NCBI GenBank assembly: GCA_902775485.1
Contig: CACYMJ010000002.1
Span: 48,031 to 112,030 of the forward strand
Source: an uncultured Lachnospiraceae bacterium
Lineage (GTDB): Bacteria > Bacillota > Clostridia > Lachnospirales > Lachnospiraceae
Direction of reading: 5' to 3'
Length of the DNA stretch: 64,000 bases
In this document: positions 18,277 through 28,081 of the stretch, piece by piece
How positions within the stretch are numbered: the stretch's first letter is position 1
How the letters are laid out: each line of letters opens with the position of its first letter
Notes under the pieces: generated by a model
What the model saw: the letters and a program-made list of their open reading frames with translations, nothing else
The model's database searches: none
Told to the model about the DNA's origin: nothing
Program-made: the position numbers and the translations under genes

Positions 18277-18351
18277 TCGGGGTGACAGGATTCGAACCTG
18301 CGGCCTCGTGGTCCCAAACCACGCGCTCTAGCCAAACTGAGCCACACCCCG
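18277..18351 (-). tRNA. tRNA-Pro (anticodon UGG)
   Basis: Hand-folded: CGGGGTG-TG-GCTC-AGTTTGGCTA-GAGC-G-CGTGG-TTTGGGA-CCACG-AGGCC-GCAGG-TTCGAAT-CCTGT-CACCCCG-A. 75 nt, no encoded CCA. Confidence 0.95.
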
Positions 18352-18431
18352 TAACGCAAATGCTATTTTATATGAACAGTATCTGCCATGTCAACCTGCT
18401 CGTGATCGTGCCGGCGGCACCTGCAGTTTCA

Positions 18432-18917
18432 TCACTGCCCGACATATCGTATCTCAAATACCGGCTTTTTCCCCGTCTCGGCATTTCCCACTATATAGGT
18501 CGGTACTCTTCCATGCTGTCTTGGGTAAGTAAGTGATCCCGGGTTTATAAGCGTAACCGGACCTTCCTCGTGGATCACGGGAACATGCGTATGTCCGAAG
18601 AAAACATAATCGGCCCGGTTTTCAGCCGCAAGATAAAACAGCGGATCATATCCGTGATAGAGCTGATAACGGTGACCGTGAGTAAGGACCGCTCTGTGAC
18701 CACTGAATTCTATGACCTTGATCCTCTCCATATCGGAGTCGTAATCATTGTTGCCTGCAACCACGTGCAGACTGCAGTCGATCCTGTCACGCAGGCGATC
18801 GTATTCCCCCTCGATATCACCGCAGTGTATCAGCATATCAAACGGTGACTCTTTTGCGATAACTTCGTACATTATATCATTGTAACCGTGTGTATCACTA
18901 ACTATCAGTATCTTCAT
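18432..18917 (-). CDS. yfcE: YfcE/MJ0936-family metallophosphoesterase
   Basis: MKILIVSDTHG…CGDIEG…GNNDY…GHTH motifs. Confidence 0.85.
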   Translation of the reverse strand: MKILIVSDTHGYNDIMYEVIAKESPFDMLIHCGDIEGEYDRLRDRIDCSLHVVAGNNDYDSDMERIKVIEFSGHRAVLTHGHRYQLYHGYDPLFYLAAENRADYVFFGHTHVPVIHEEGPVTLINPGSLTYPRQHGRVPTYIVGNAETGKKPVFEIRYVGQ

Positions 18918-18938
18918 CCGTTGTAATGTTTGATCCCC

Positions 18939-19544
18939 TTATTTCTTCCGGGTATAATCTTCACGCATGAGAATGTCTCTCATCATTCTCAGTGCCTTGC
19001 CCCTGTGGGATATCGCATTTTTTTCCTCTCGTGAGAGCTCCGCGGAAGTGCATCCTCTTTCCGGAAGGTAGAAGATAGGATCGTATCCGAATCCGTTCTC
19101 GCCCGCTATCTTATGCGCCACTATCCCCTCCATCGTTGCCCTTACCGTCTCGCTCGATCCATCCGGACGAACATAGCAGATCGCACAGACAAAACGCGCA
19201 GTACGTTTCTCATCCGGTACCGACTCCATGCGTCGCAGCAATTCAGCGTTTTTTACCGGATACGGGGTGTCCTCACCCATGTATCTTGAAGAATAGATTC
19301 CCGGCTCTTTCCCGAGATAATCTATCTCAAGGCCCGAATCATCCGCAAGAGTCGGCAGGCCGCTTTTTCTTGCTATAGCGCTTGCTTTCAGATACGCGTT
19401 TTCCTCGAACGTTTTTCCGGTCTCTTCCACATCAGTGTATACTCCGGCATCTTTCATGGATACGATCTCTATATCCATATCGGCCGTGATCTCACGTATC
19501 TCCCGGAGCTTATTCTCATTCCCGGTGGCAAATATTATCTTCAT
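18939..19544 (-). CDS. rdgB: XTP/dITP diphosphatase (RdgB/HAM1)
   Basis: MKIIFATGNENKLREI…DDSGLEIDYL…FGYDPIF. The ATG at 19544 has an aggag RBS. Confidence 0.9.
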   Translation of the reverse strand: MKIIFATGNENKLREIREITADMDIEIVSMKDAGVYTDVEETGKTFEENAYLKASAIARKSGLPTLADDSGLEIDYLGKEPGIYSSRYMGEDTPYPVKNAELLRRMESVPDEKRTARFVCAICYVRPDGSSETVRATMEGIVAHKIAGENGFGYDPIFYLPERGCTSAELSREEKNAISHRGKALRMMRDILMREDYTRKK

Positions 19545-19546
19545 TA

Positions 19547-20725
19547 TCAATGTCTCCTGTCTGCATCCGTCCCGTTATTTCTTGGTCTTGGTGCCGGTTT
19601 GGGGCCGTTAAACTGGTAAAAATATGTCTTCATCATTCCGTTGTATATCTTACGGTTCTTATCCGCTTTGCGTCCCATATATTTTTCGGCCTCATCGGTA
19701 CCCGTTATCACGAAAGCAGACCATGAATCAAGCGCTGCATACCGATTTGCCAGCTCCCTGTATATGCCGGCGATCTCGTCCTTTTCTCCGATCCTCTCGC
19801 CGTATGGCGGGTTGGTTATAATAAAACCGTATTTTTTCGGATGCGACAGCTGCGATACCGGTCGTGTCTGAAAATGGATCATCTGTGCAACGCCCGCTGC
19901 CTCGGCATTTTCCCTTGCCGCCTTTACCATTTCATCATCTATATCATATCCCTGGATATCAGGCGAGACAGACATATCGATCATATCGTTCGCCTCATCC
20001 ACGGCTGCATACCACGTTTTTCTTGTGGCAAGATGCGGCCACATCTCCGCGGTAAACTCCCTGTTCATGCCCGGTGCTATCCTTGCGGCTATCATCGCGG
20101 CTTCGATTGGAATGGTTCCGCATCCGCAGAACGGATCGACCAGTATCCTGTCATATTTCCAGGGTGTGAGCATTATAAGGCCCGCTGCCAGATTTTCCGC
20201 CAGCGGCGCATGGCTGACAAGCTTCCTGTAGCCGCGCTTATGAAGCGATTCACCTGTGGTATCCATCCCGACAAGGACCCTGTCTTTATTGATGAATATA
20301 CGAAGGGGAAAAATCTCACCATCTTCCGCAAATCGCTCGCACGGGTACTTTTCCTTCATCCGCTCGACCATGGCTTTTTTGACGATCGATTGTATATCAG
20401 ACGGTGAAAAGAGCTTTGATTTCACGCTCGCGGCCTTGGCTACCCAGAACCTTCCGTCCTCGGGAATATATTCCGGCCAGTCTATCTTCCTGATACCTTC
20501 AAACAGTTCATCAAACGTCGTTGCAGTAAAGTCCCCGACGATCAGAAGAATGCGCTCCGCAGTTCTCAAAAACACGTTGGCCCTTGCTATCGCGTCTCCT
20601 CCTCCCGCGAAGATCACCCGTCCGTCCATGACTTCGACGATCTCATACCCGAGCTGCGTTATTTCTTTTTTCAGAACAGCTTCCATACCAAAATGGCACG
20701 GAGCCATAAGTTTATAATTTTCCAT
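19547..20725 (-). CDS. THUMP-domain class I SAM-dependent RNA methyltransferase (RlmL/COG0116-like)
   Basis: MENYKLMAPCHFGMEAVLK (THUMP N-terminus), DPFCGCGTIPIEAA, ITNPPYGERIG. The start is taken at the internal Met. Confidence 0.85.
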   Translation of the reverse strand: MENYKLMAPCHFGMEAVLKKEITQLGYEIVEVMDGRVIFAGGGDAIARANVFLRTAERILLIVGDFTATTFDELFEGIRKIDWPEYIPEDGRFWVAKAASVKSKLFSPSDIQSIVKKAMVERMKEKYPCERFAEDGEIFPLRIFINKDRVLVGMDTTGESLHKRGYRKLVSHAPLAENLAAGLIMLTPWKYDRILVDPFCGCGTIPIEAAMIAARIAPGMNREFTAEMWPHLATRKTWYAAVDEANDMIDMSVSPDIQGYDIDDEMVKAARENAEAAGVAQMIHFQTRPVSQLSHPKKYGFIITNPPYGERIGEKDEIAGIYRELANRYAALDSWSAFVITGTDEAEKYMGRKADKNRKIYNGMMKTYFYQFNGPKPAPRPRNNGTDADRRH

Positions 20726-21129
20726 CACCCGACATTGTATCACAAACTCACATATCGCAAAAGATTTGCCGGCCGGTTTTTTACCGTAAATCAACCACAT
20801 ATTGTGTCTTATGTTTTATGCTCTGTCCACTGGTTGTGGAATAGTCACATAGTCATCCTCCCGATTCCCGCAAGCCCCGTAATTACGCGTTCCGCAAGAT
20901 GTTGTGCCGAAAAAAAAGTTTGGCACTATTTTCCGAAAACGGTTGTTTTTTTTTACCGTTCATACTATAATAACTTTCGTAAGCGAGAATCTCCCCTTCA
21001 ATAGATTCTCATTTACGACCCCTTATTAATTATTTATACTCCCCTCATCGTAGCCCGTTGGTTCCCCCTTCGGGCTACTTTACTGTTTATCATACGATGT
21101 TGGGTTTTAAACCAGAAAGGATACAAAAG

Positions 21130-22302
21130 ATGGACGCAAAACAGTTCGCACTTTCCAAACATGAAGAATGGCAGGGCAAGATCGAGGTCACTCCGCGATG
21201 CCGCGTAGAATCGATGGAGGATCTTTCGGTAGCCTATACACCCGGCGTTGCACAGCCGTGTCTGGCAATAAAGGATGATATCGATCTTTCCTATAAATAT
21301 ACGAGACGCTCGAACCTCGTTGCCGTTGTCACGGACGGGTCAGCCGTTCTCGGACTCGGAAACATAGGTCCCGAAGCGGGAATGCCGGTTATGGAAGGTA
21401 AATGCGTACTGTTTAAGAGGTTCGGCAATGTAGATGCCTTTCCCCTGTGCATAAAGTCCAATGATGTGGATACAATAGTCGAGACCGTTGCTCTTCTCGA
21501 AGGATCGTTCGGCGGCGTAAACCTTGAAGATATCTCGGCTCCGAGATGCTTTGAGATCGAGAAGAAACTTAAAGAGCGCTGCAGCATACCCATCTTCCAC
21601 GATGACCAGCACGGAACGGCTGTGGTCGTCCTTGCCGGAATGATCAATGCACTCAAGATCGTTGACAAGAAGATAGAGGACATCGAGGCTGTAGTGTGCG
21701 GAGCAGGTGCCGCAGGTATCGCCATTACAAAACTCCTGATGCAGACAGGGCTTAAAAATGTCATCCTCTGCGACAGGACAGGCGCCATATACGAAGGCCG
21801 GGAAAACTTAAATCCTATAAAGGAAGAGATGGCTAAGGTCTCCAACCGCATGATGAAAAAGGGAAGCCTTGGAGATGTTATAGAAGGTGCGGATGTGTTC
21901 ATAGGCGTTTCGGGACCCGGCGTTCTGACAAAGGACATGGTCAGAAAAATGGCTGATAAACCCATCGTTTTTGCAATGTCCAATCCCGTACCCGAGATAA
22001 CACCGGAAGATGCCCGGGAAGCAGGTGTTGCCATAATGGCCACCGGAAGAAGCGACTATCCGAACCAGATCAACAACGTGCTGGCTTTCCCCGGAATATT
22101 CCGTGGAGCGCTTGACGTTCGTGCTTCAGATATAAATGAAGAGATGAAACTTGCGGCCGCAAAGGCGATCGCAGACATCGTGACATCTGAGGACAGAAGT
22201 CCGCAGTACATAATCCCCGACAGTTTTAACCAAAAAGTAACCCCTGCCGTTGCCGAGGCCGTAGCCGAAGCGGCAAGAAAGACAGGGGTTGCCCGTATGT
22301 AG
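21130..22302 (+). CDS. NAD(P)-dependent malic enzyme
   Basis: SVAYTPGVA, TDGSAVLGLGNIG, FHDDQHGTA, GAGAAGIA. The ATG at 21130 has an agaaagga RBS. Confidence 0.9.
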   Translation: MDAKQFALSKHEEWQGKIEVTPRCRVESMEDLSVAYTPGVAQPCLAIKDDIDLSYKYTRRSNLVAVVTDGSAVLGLGNIGPEAGMPVMEGKCVLFKRFGNVDAFPLCIKSNDVDTIVETVALLEGSFGGVNLEDISAPRCFEIEKKLKERCSIPIFHDDQHGTAVVVLAGMINALKIVDKKIEDIEAVVCGAGAAGIAITKLLMQTGLKNVILCDRTGAIYEGRENLNPIKEEMAKVSNRMMKKGSLGDVIEGADVFIGVSGPGVLTKDMVRKMADKPIVFAMSNPVPEITPEDAREAGVAIMATGRSDYPNQINNVLAFPGIFRGALDVRASDINEEMKLAAAKAIADIVTSEDRSPQYIIPDSFNQKVTPAVAEAVAEAARKTGVARM

Positions 22303-22321
22303 TGTAGTCCAAAGGAAGACC

Positions 22322-23326
22322 TTAATTCAGTTTTACAACAGATGCTCCCTCTACTATCTTACCGGAGACCTGTATCTTTTCTATGAGAGTACTTTTCGGA
22401 TCACGGATCAGCCGTATAAGTGATTTTGCGGCTATCCGTCCGATCTCTTCCGTGTTCTGTTCGTAAGTTGTCAGCTTCGGATGGATTATCTGCGAAACAT
22501 ACGATCCGTCATATCCCACTACCGAGATATCATCCGGAACGGTAAGTCCCGCCTCTTCTATGGCATTAAGTCCGCCGATAGCCGAATAATCATCAGGATA
22601 CATGATGCATGTCGGGCGCTTTTTAAGCGCTAAGAGCTGCTTCGTGTATTTTGCCGCAAGCTTCGGATTACGATATGCGCTTGCGATAGTATAATTGTCA
22701 TCTGCCTCTATTCCGAAACTTCCGAGTGCATTGTAAAAACTCGCAACACGGTTTCTTGTAACGGCCGTATCGTCTCCGTAGATGTATGCTATCCTGTCGT
22801 GTCCGAGAGAATGCACATACTCAACGAGCGAACGCATACCGCCGATGTTATCCGAAACGACCGAAATCCTGTTATCAAATACGTGGTCGATGGTAACAAC
22901 CGGAAGTTCACTGTTTACCAGATCAAGAACATCCCTGTCGTCAAAATCAACACAGGCGATGACCACTCCGTCCACTCCGCGGTATCTGGAATGTTCAAGA
23001 TATGTCATTTTCTGACTGGTAGCATTTATAAACGTGATATCATATCCGGATACTTCCGATACACGCTTGAAGCTGTCGAGAACCTTTGCAAAATAATCAT
23101 GGGTAAGACCGCTTCGTCCCTCATCGACAAACAGCACGCCTATATTGGCAGTGACCTTGGTCTTTAAAGCACGCGCGGAACTGTTGGGGTGATATCCCAG
23201 CCGCTTGGCTGTCTCCCTGATTATCCTCTTGGTGTCCTCACCTATATCGCTGTGATCGTTTAAGGCTTTGCTGACCGTTGCAACAGAAACGTTGCATTTG
23301 TCCGCAATATCCTTCAGTGAAATCAT
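22322..23326 (-). CDS. LacI family transcriptional regulator
   Basis: MISLKDIADKCNVSVATVSKALN HTH plus a periplasmic-binding-protein-like core. Confidence 0.9.
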   Translation of the reverse strand: MISLKDIADKCNVSVATVSKALNDHSDIGEDTKRIIRETAKRLGYHPNSSARALKTKVTANIGVLFVDEGRSGLTHDYFAKVLDSFKRVSEVSGYDITFINATSQKMTYLEHSRYRGVDGVVIACVDFDDRDVLDLVNSELPVVTIDHVFDNRISVVSDNIGGMRSLVEYVHSLGHDRIAYIYGDDTAVTRNRVASFYNALGSFGIEADDNYTIASAYRNPKLAAKYTKQLLALKKRPTCIMYPDDYSAIGGLNAIEEAGLTVPDDISVVGYDGSYVSQIIHPKLTTYEQNTEEIGRIAAKSLIRLIRDPKSTLIEKIQVSGKIVEGASVVKLN

Positions 23327-23535
23327 GGCGGTTGCTCCTTAATCGTTTTCGTTAACTAGTATATATCAATTTTTTCCACTTTTCTATCATTATTTTAGTT
23401 TTTTTTGTACAAATTCCCAAAAGGATTTTGTTACATTTAACAAATTTGTCTATTTTTTGCTTTTTTTATTGTCTGCCACGGCGAATTATCATATACTGTA
23501 AGGCGTCAGCTCTTTATTTTTTTGGAGTTTTACTT

Positions 23536-23543
23536 AAACGTTT
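23536..23543. promoter_or_regulatory. short CG-centred palindrome AAACGTTT upstream of the phosphorylase gene (possible LacI-type operator core)
   Basis: Read directly, 32 nt upstream of the start codon. Only 8 bp are symmetric. Confidence 0.25.
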
Positions 23544-23574
23544 TCTTTAAATCATAAAAGAATGGAGATTAATT

Positions 23575-26013
23575 ATGAAGTATGGTTTTTTTGACGACGC
23601 AAATGCCGAGTACGTCATCACTACCCCCAAGACTCCGCTTCCCTGGATCAACTATCTGGGAACAAACGATTTTTTCAGCCTGATATCCAACACCTGCGGA
23701 GGGTATTCCTTCTATAAGGATGCAAAACTTCTCAGACTTACACGTTATCGTTATAACGGAGTACCTGCTGACGTTAACGGCAAATACTTCTATATAAAGG
23801 ACGGCGATTGCGTATGGAATCCCGGCTGGCAGCCTACCAAGACTGAACTCGATATGTACGAATGCCGCCACGGTATAGGCTACAGCAAGTTCAAGGGAGT
23901 CAAGAACGATGTCGAGGCTAATGTCCTTTCGTTCGTTCCCATTGACGATACATGCGAAATAAGCCAAATAAAGATCACCAACAACTCTTCCGCTCCGAAG
24001 AACCTCAAGCTCTTCTCATATGTTGAGTGGTGCCTGTGGAACGCTGATGATGATATGAAGAACTTCCAGCGTAACTTCTCCACCGGCGAGGTTGAGGTCA
24101 TGGGTTCTGCCATATACCACAAGACAGAATACAGAGAGCGCCGTAACCACTATGCGGTATACTCGGTAAATGCCGAGATCGACGGTTTTGACACCTCAAG
24201 AGATGCGTTCCTCGGTGCATATCACGACAATCACGATCCCGAGGTCGTATTCGAGAAAGGCCAGTGTACGGATTCGATCGCTCACGGATGGTCACCGGTA
24301 GCCGTTCATCAGATCAATATCGATCTTGCTCCCGGCGAGTCAAAATCGTTTGTTTTCGTTCTCGGTTACTGTGAGAACCCCGTTGAGGACAAGTGGGAAT
24401 CAAAGGGTGTCATAAACAAGAGACCAGCAAAGGAAATGCTTGCAAAATACACAACAGATGCTGATGTCGATAAGGCATTCGGCAAGCTGTGCGATTACTG
24501 GAAGGGCCTGCTTTCCATATATACTGTCAGATCAAAGAACGACAAGGTCAACAGGATGGTCAATATCTGGAACCAGTACCAGTGCATGGTAACGTTCAAC
24601 ATGAGCCGTTCCGCTTCATATTATGAATCGGGTATCGGCCGAGGAATGGGCTTCAGGGATTCCAACCAGGATCTTCTCGGTTTTGTTCATCTTATACCCG
24701 AGCGTGCAAGGGAGAGGATCATCGATATCGCTTCAACGCAGTTCGAGGACGGAAGCGCATATCACCAGTATCAGCCCCTTACAAAGAAGGGTAATTCGGA
24801 TATAGGTTCGGGCTTCAATGACGATCCGTTGTGGCTCATCGCCGGAACAAGCGCATATGTGCGTGAAACAGGTGATGTATCGATCCTCAAGGAGCTGGTT
24901 CCCTATGATAATGACATGAGCGTTGCAACGACTCTTATGGAGCACCTTAAGAGGTCGTTCGATTATATCGTAAATCACAAGGGTCCCCACGATCTGCCGC
25001 TTATCGGACGTGCAGACTGGAACGACTGTCTGAACCTTAACTGCTTCTCAGAGCATCCCGGTGAATCATTCCAGACTTTCGGTCCTTCCGAAGGTCCAGT
25101 TGCGGAATCGGTATTCATCGCGGGAATGTTCGTCAAGTACGGCGAGGAATATGCTCAGCTTTGCGAACTGCTCGGTGATGACGCAGAAGCCGCACGGGCA
25201 AGGGATGAGGTCAAAAAGATGTACGATGCCATCCTTAAGGACGGCTGGGACGGCGACTGGTTTGTAAGAGCATACGATGCATACGGCAAGAAGATCGGCT
25301 CCAAGGAATGTGAAGAAGGTAAGATCTACATCGAGTCAAACGGTTTCTGCTCACTTGCAGGTGTCGGTGTCAAGGAAGGCCTTGCACAGAAAGCACTTGA
25401 CTCCGTCAAGGAACATCTTGACTGCAAATACGGTGTTATGATCCTCCAGCCCGCTTATACGGTATATCATCTCGAACTTGGTGAGATCAGCTCATATCCG
25501 CCCGGATACAAGGAAAATGCCGGTATATTCTGCCACAACAATCCCTGGGTATCCATTGCCGAAACCGTTATCGGACGCGGCGACAGAGCTTTCGAGATCT
25601 ACAAAAAGACATGTCCCGCATACACGGAAGAGATATCCGAGATTCACAAGACAGAGCCTTACGTATACTGCCAGATGGTTGCCGGAGCAGATGCATATCT
25701 TCCCGGCGAAGGCAAGAACTCATGGCTTACGGGTACCGCTGCATGGACATTCACGAACATCAGCCAGTACATCCTCGGAGTATATCCGACTCACAAGGGT
25801 CTGCAGATAGATCCGTGCGTACCTCATGACTTCGGCGATTTTGAGATCACACGTAAGTTCAGGGGCGCAACATATAACATAAGCGTTAAGAATCCTTCTA
25901 ACGTAGAGAAGGGAGTTAAGAGCATGACCGTAAACGGAAAACCGGTTGACGGCTGCATCGTTCCCATCGAAGACGGCGTAAAGGAATACAACGTGGAAGT
26001 TACGATGGGATAA
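23575..26013 (+). CDS. cellobiose phosphorylase (GH94)
   Basis: 812 aa. [29 protein letters not shown] is the characteristic CBP N-terminus. Divergent LacI regulator gene upstream. Confidence 0.9.
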   Translation: MKYGFFDDANAEYVITTPKTPLPWINYLGTNDFFSLISNTCGGYSFYKDAKLLRLTRYRYNGVPADVNGKYFYIKDGDCVWNPGWQPTKTELDMYECRHGIGYSKFKGVKNDVEANVLSFVPIDDTCEISQIKITNNSSAPKNLKLFSYVEWCLWNADDDMKNFQRNFSTGEVEVMGSAIYHKTEYRERRNHYAVYSVNAEIDGFDTSRDAFLGAYHDNHDPEVVFEKGQCTDSIAHGWSPVAVHQINIDLAPGESKSFVFVLGYCENPVEDKWESKGVINKRPAKEMLAKYTTDADVDKAFGKLCDYWKGLLSIYTVRSKNDKVNRMVNIWNQYQCMVTFNMSRSASYYESGIGRGMGFRDSNQDLLGFVHLIPERARERIIDIASTQFEDGSAYHQYQPLTKKGNSDIGSGFNDDPLWLIAGTSAYVRETGDVSILKELVPYDNDMSVATTLMEHLKRSFDYIVNHKGPHDLPLIGRADWNDCLNLNCFSEHPGESFQTFGPSEGPVAESVFIAGMFVKYGEEYAQLCELLGDDAEAARARDEVKKMYDAILKDGWDGDWFVRAYDAYGKKIGSKECEEGKIYIESNGFCSLAGVGVKEGLAQKALDSVKEHLDCKYGVMILQPAYTVYHLELGEISSYPPGYKENAGIFCHNNPWVSIAETVIGRGDRAFEIYKKTCPAYTEEISEIHKTEPYVYCQMVAGADAYLPGEGKNSWLTGTAAWTFTNISQYILGVYPTHKGLQIDPCVPHDFGDFEITRKFRGATYNISVKNPSNVEKGVKSMTVNGKPVDGCIVPIEDGVKEYNVEVTMG

Positions 26014-26029
26014 TGTATAGCATATTAAA

Positions 26030-26059
26030 AGACGGTTCCGCATTCGGAGCCGTCTTTTT
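26030..26059 (+). terminator. intrinsic terminator
   Basis: gacggttccg-catt-cggagccgtc followed by tttttt. Confidence 0.75.
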
Positions 26060-26088
26060 TATTCTTATGAAAAATCTCAGGCAGGGCA

Positions 26089-27402
26089 TCACTCATAAGT
26101 GAGTGCATCTATCGGGTTCATCTTCGCTGCCTTATTTGCGGGATAATATCCGAAAAACAGTCCGATGGCCATCGAGAATGCAACCGATTCGATTATCGAC
26201 GATATGGACGGGTGCGCTTCTGCTTCCATCAGTTTTGCGGCAAGAGAGCCTCCGCTCACTCCGATGATGACTCCGATGATTCCTCCGATCAGACACAGGA
26301 CCATTGCTTCGATAATGAACTGAAGACGGATAGAACTGTTGGTGGCGCCGAGCGCTTTACGCGTTCCTATCTCACGTGTGCGTTCGGAGATCGACACAAG
26401 CATTATGTTCATAACTCCTATACCGCCGACAAGAAGCGCTATACCGGCTATGACCGATATACCCGTGGAGATCGTCCCGAGCAGTTTTGTAAACTGATCA
26501 AGCATGCTCTCCAGGCTCGATGTCGTGACCTCGAATATGCGGTTCGTATGGTAATATCTGTCAAAAAATATCTGTATCTCACTTCTAAGCTTCTTGGAAT
26601 CAATGCTTACTTCAGGTTTCTTGGCTACCGTGATATTCGGATATCCATCAATATGAGAGCGGCCCTTTACGCAGCCAAGCGTCGTATAAAGCGTCGTTTC
26701 CCTGTCTTCGTTACCGCCGAACAACGCTCCGGTCTCTCCCTGCTTATATACACCCACTATCGTAAAATCATAAAATGCACCGGTCGCTACGACCTGGACT
26801 CTCTTTCCTATGGCATGGTCGTATTCCTCGGTATTGAACATTTTCTTTACGGCATAATCGGATACAAGCGCTACCGCCTTTCCTCCCTTTTGTGCCTTGT
26901 CACCTATCTCGCGTCCGGCAAGAAGTTCAAGGTTCTCTCCCTTTAAGTAATCATCATTTCCGCCGGTTATCCTGACTTTGGCGCTGTTACGTCCTATCGT
27001 GATCTTTCCGCTTGCAAGATTTTCACTGAGCAGTACGCCGTCTATCCTGTCCGCAAACTCTTTCCTGAGATCATCCAGCATGTAATCCTTGATAAAATCC
27101 TTCTCCTCGGGCATTTTCTGATCTCTTCTGCCACGAAACTCAAGACCGCTGTCGTTCTTGACGGCTTCCGTCTCCCTTTGCGTAACACCGACCATTATAT
27201 TTGTGGCACCCATGCTCGACATGGAGCTGTTAAAAGACTCCGTTACCGAATTACCGACGGTACGTATGGCTATGACAGAGCCGATACCTATTATGATACC
27301 GAGCATTGTCAGCATCGCTCTCATCTTGTTTGCCAATATCGAGGCCAAGGCCATCGAAATGTTCTCACCCAGCAGCAACTTTCCCGGTCCCCTTTCTCTC
27401 AC
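26089..27402 (-). CDS. MacB-like ABC transporter permease (FtsX domain)
   Basis: ENISMALASILANKMRAMLTMLGIIIG N-terminus, large extracytoplasmic loop, C-terminal FtsX TMs. Exact start uncertain (TTG at 27378 or ATG at 27354 are possible). Confidence 0.85.
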   Translation of the reverse strand: MRERGPGKLLLGENISMALASILANKMRAMLTMLGIIIGIGSVIAIRTVGNSVTESFNSSMSSMGATNIMVGVTQRETEAVKNDSGLEFRGRRDQKMPEEKDFIKDYMLDDLRKEFADRIDGVLLSENLASGKITIGRNSAKVRITGGNDDYLKGENLELLAGREIGDKAQKGGKAVALVSDYAVKKMFNTEEYDHAIGKRVQVVATGAFYDFTIVGVYKQGETGALFGGNEDRETTLYTTLGCVKGRSHIDGYPNITVAKKPEVSIDSKKLRSEIQIFFDRYYHTNRIFEVTTSSLESMLDQFTKLLGTISTGISVIAGIALLVGGIGVMNIMLVSISERTREIGTRKALGATNSSIRLQFIIEAMVLCLIGGIIGVIIGVSGGSLAAKLMEAEAHPSISSIIESVAFSMAIGLFFGYYPANKAAKMNPIDALTYE

Positions 27403-28081
27403 TCACGATCAGTCCGTCATGAAGAGTCAGTACCCTCTGTGTCTCCTCGGCAAGCTCCGGGGAGTGCGTGATCAGCACGATCGTTTTACCCTGTTCGTGA
27501 TTGAGCTTATGAAAAATATCCATGATCAGCCTTCCCGTTGATGAATCAAGTGCACCGGTCGGCTCATCCGCAAGTATTATGGCAGGATCATTTGCCATTG
27601 CCCTTGCTATGGCAACACGCTGTTTTTGACCTCCTGAAAGCTCGTCGGGGGTATGCTGCATTCTGTCCCCCATACCCATCATCGTAAGCAGTTCTTTGGC
27701 TCTGGTGTTTCTCTCGCGTTTTCCCATTCCGGCATAAAGCATCGGAAGTTCAACATTTTTGAGCGCCGTCATCCTGGCTATCAGATTATATGTCTGGAAA
27801 ACAAAACCGATCTTTTTGTTTCTGATCGCGGAAAGATCGTCTTCACGTGCGTGAAACATATCAAATCCGTCAAGCTTATACTGTCCCATTGTCGGAAGAT
27901 CGAGCGCACCGATCATATTCATGAGAGTGGACTTTCCGGAACCCGAAGGGCCTACAACGGCAACAAACTCACCTTCATACACTTTCAGATTCACTCCGTG
28001 GAGCACTTCGAGTTCATTGGGCTTGCCTATGAAATACCGCTTGACGATATTGTTCATGTCAATGATAAGTCTCTTGTCCAT
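27365..28081 (-). CDS. MacB-like ABC transporter ATP-binding protein
   Basis: GPSGSGKST, LSGGQKQRVAIARA, ILADEPTGALD. Confidence 0.9.
   Translation of the reverse strand: MDKRLIIDMNNIVKRYFIGKPNELEVLHGVNLKVYEGEFVAVVGPSGSGKSTLMNMIGALDLPTMGQYKLDGFDMFHAREDDLSAIRNKKIGFVFQTYNLIARMTALKNVELPMLYAGMGKRERNTRAKELLTMMGMGDRMQHTPDELSGGQKQRVAIARAMANDPAIILADEPTGALDSSTGRLIMDIFHKLNHEQGKTIVLITHSPELAEETQRVLTLHDGLIVSERKGTGKVAAG

Noticed and set aside
18207-18536. 109-aa ORF spanning tRNA-Pro
   Set aside because: It overprints a well-folded tRNA and the antisense strand of the phosphoesterase gene.
21291-22043. 250-aa antisense ORF within the malic enzyme gene
   Set aside because: Shadow ORF in a GC-richer gene. 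The sense strand has unmistakable malic enzyme motifs.
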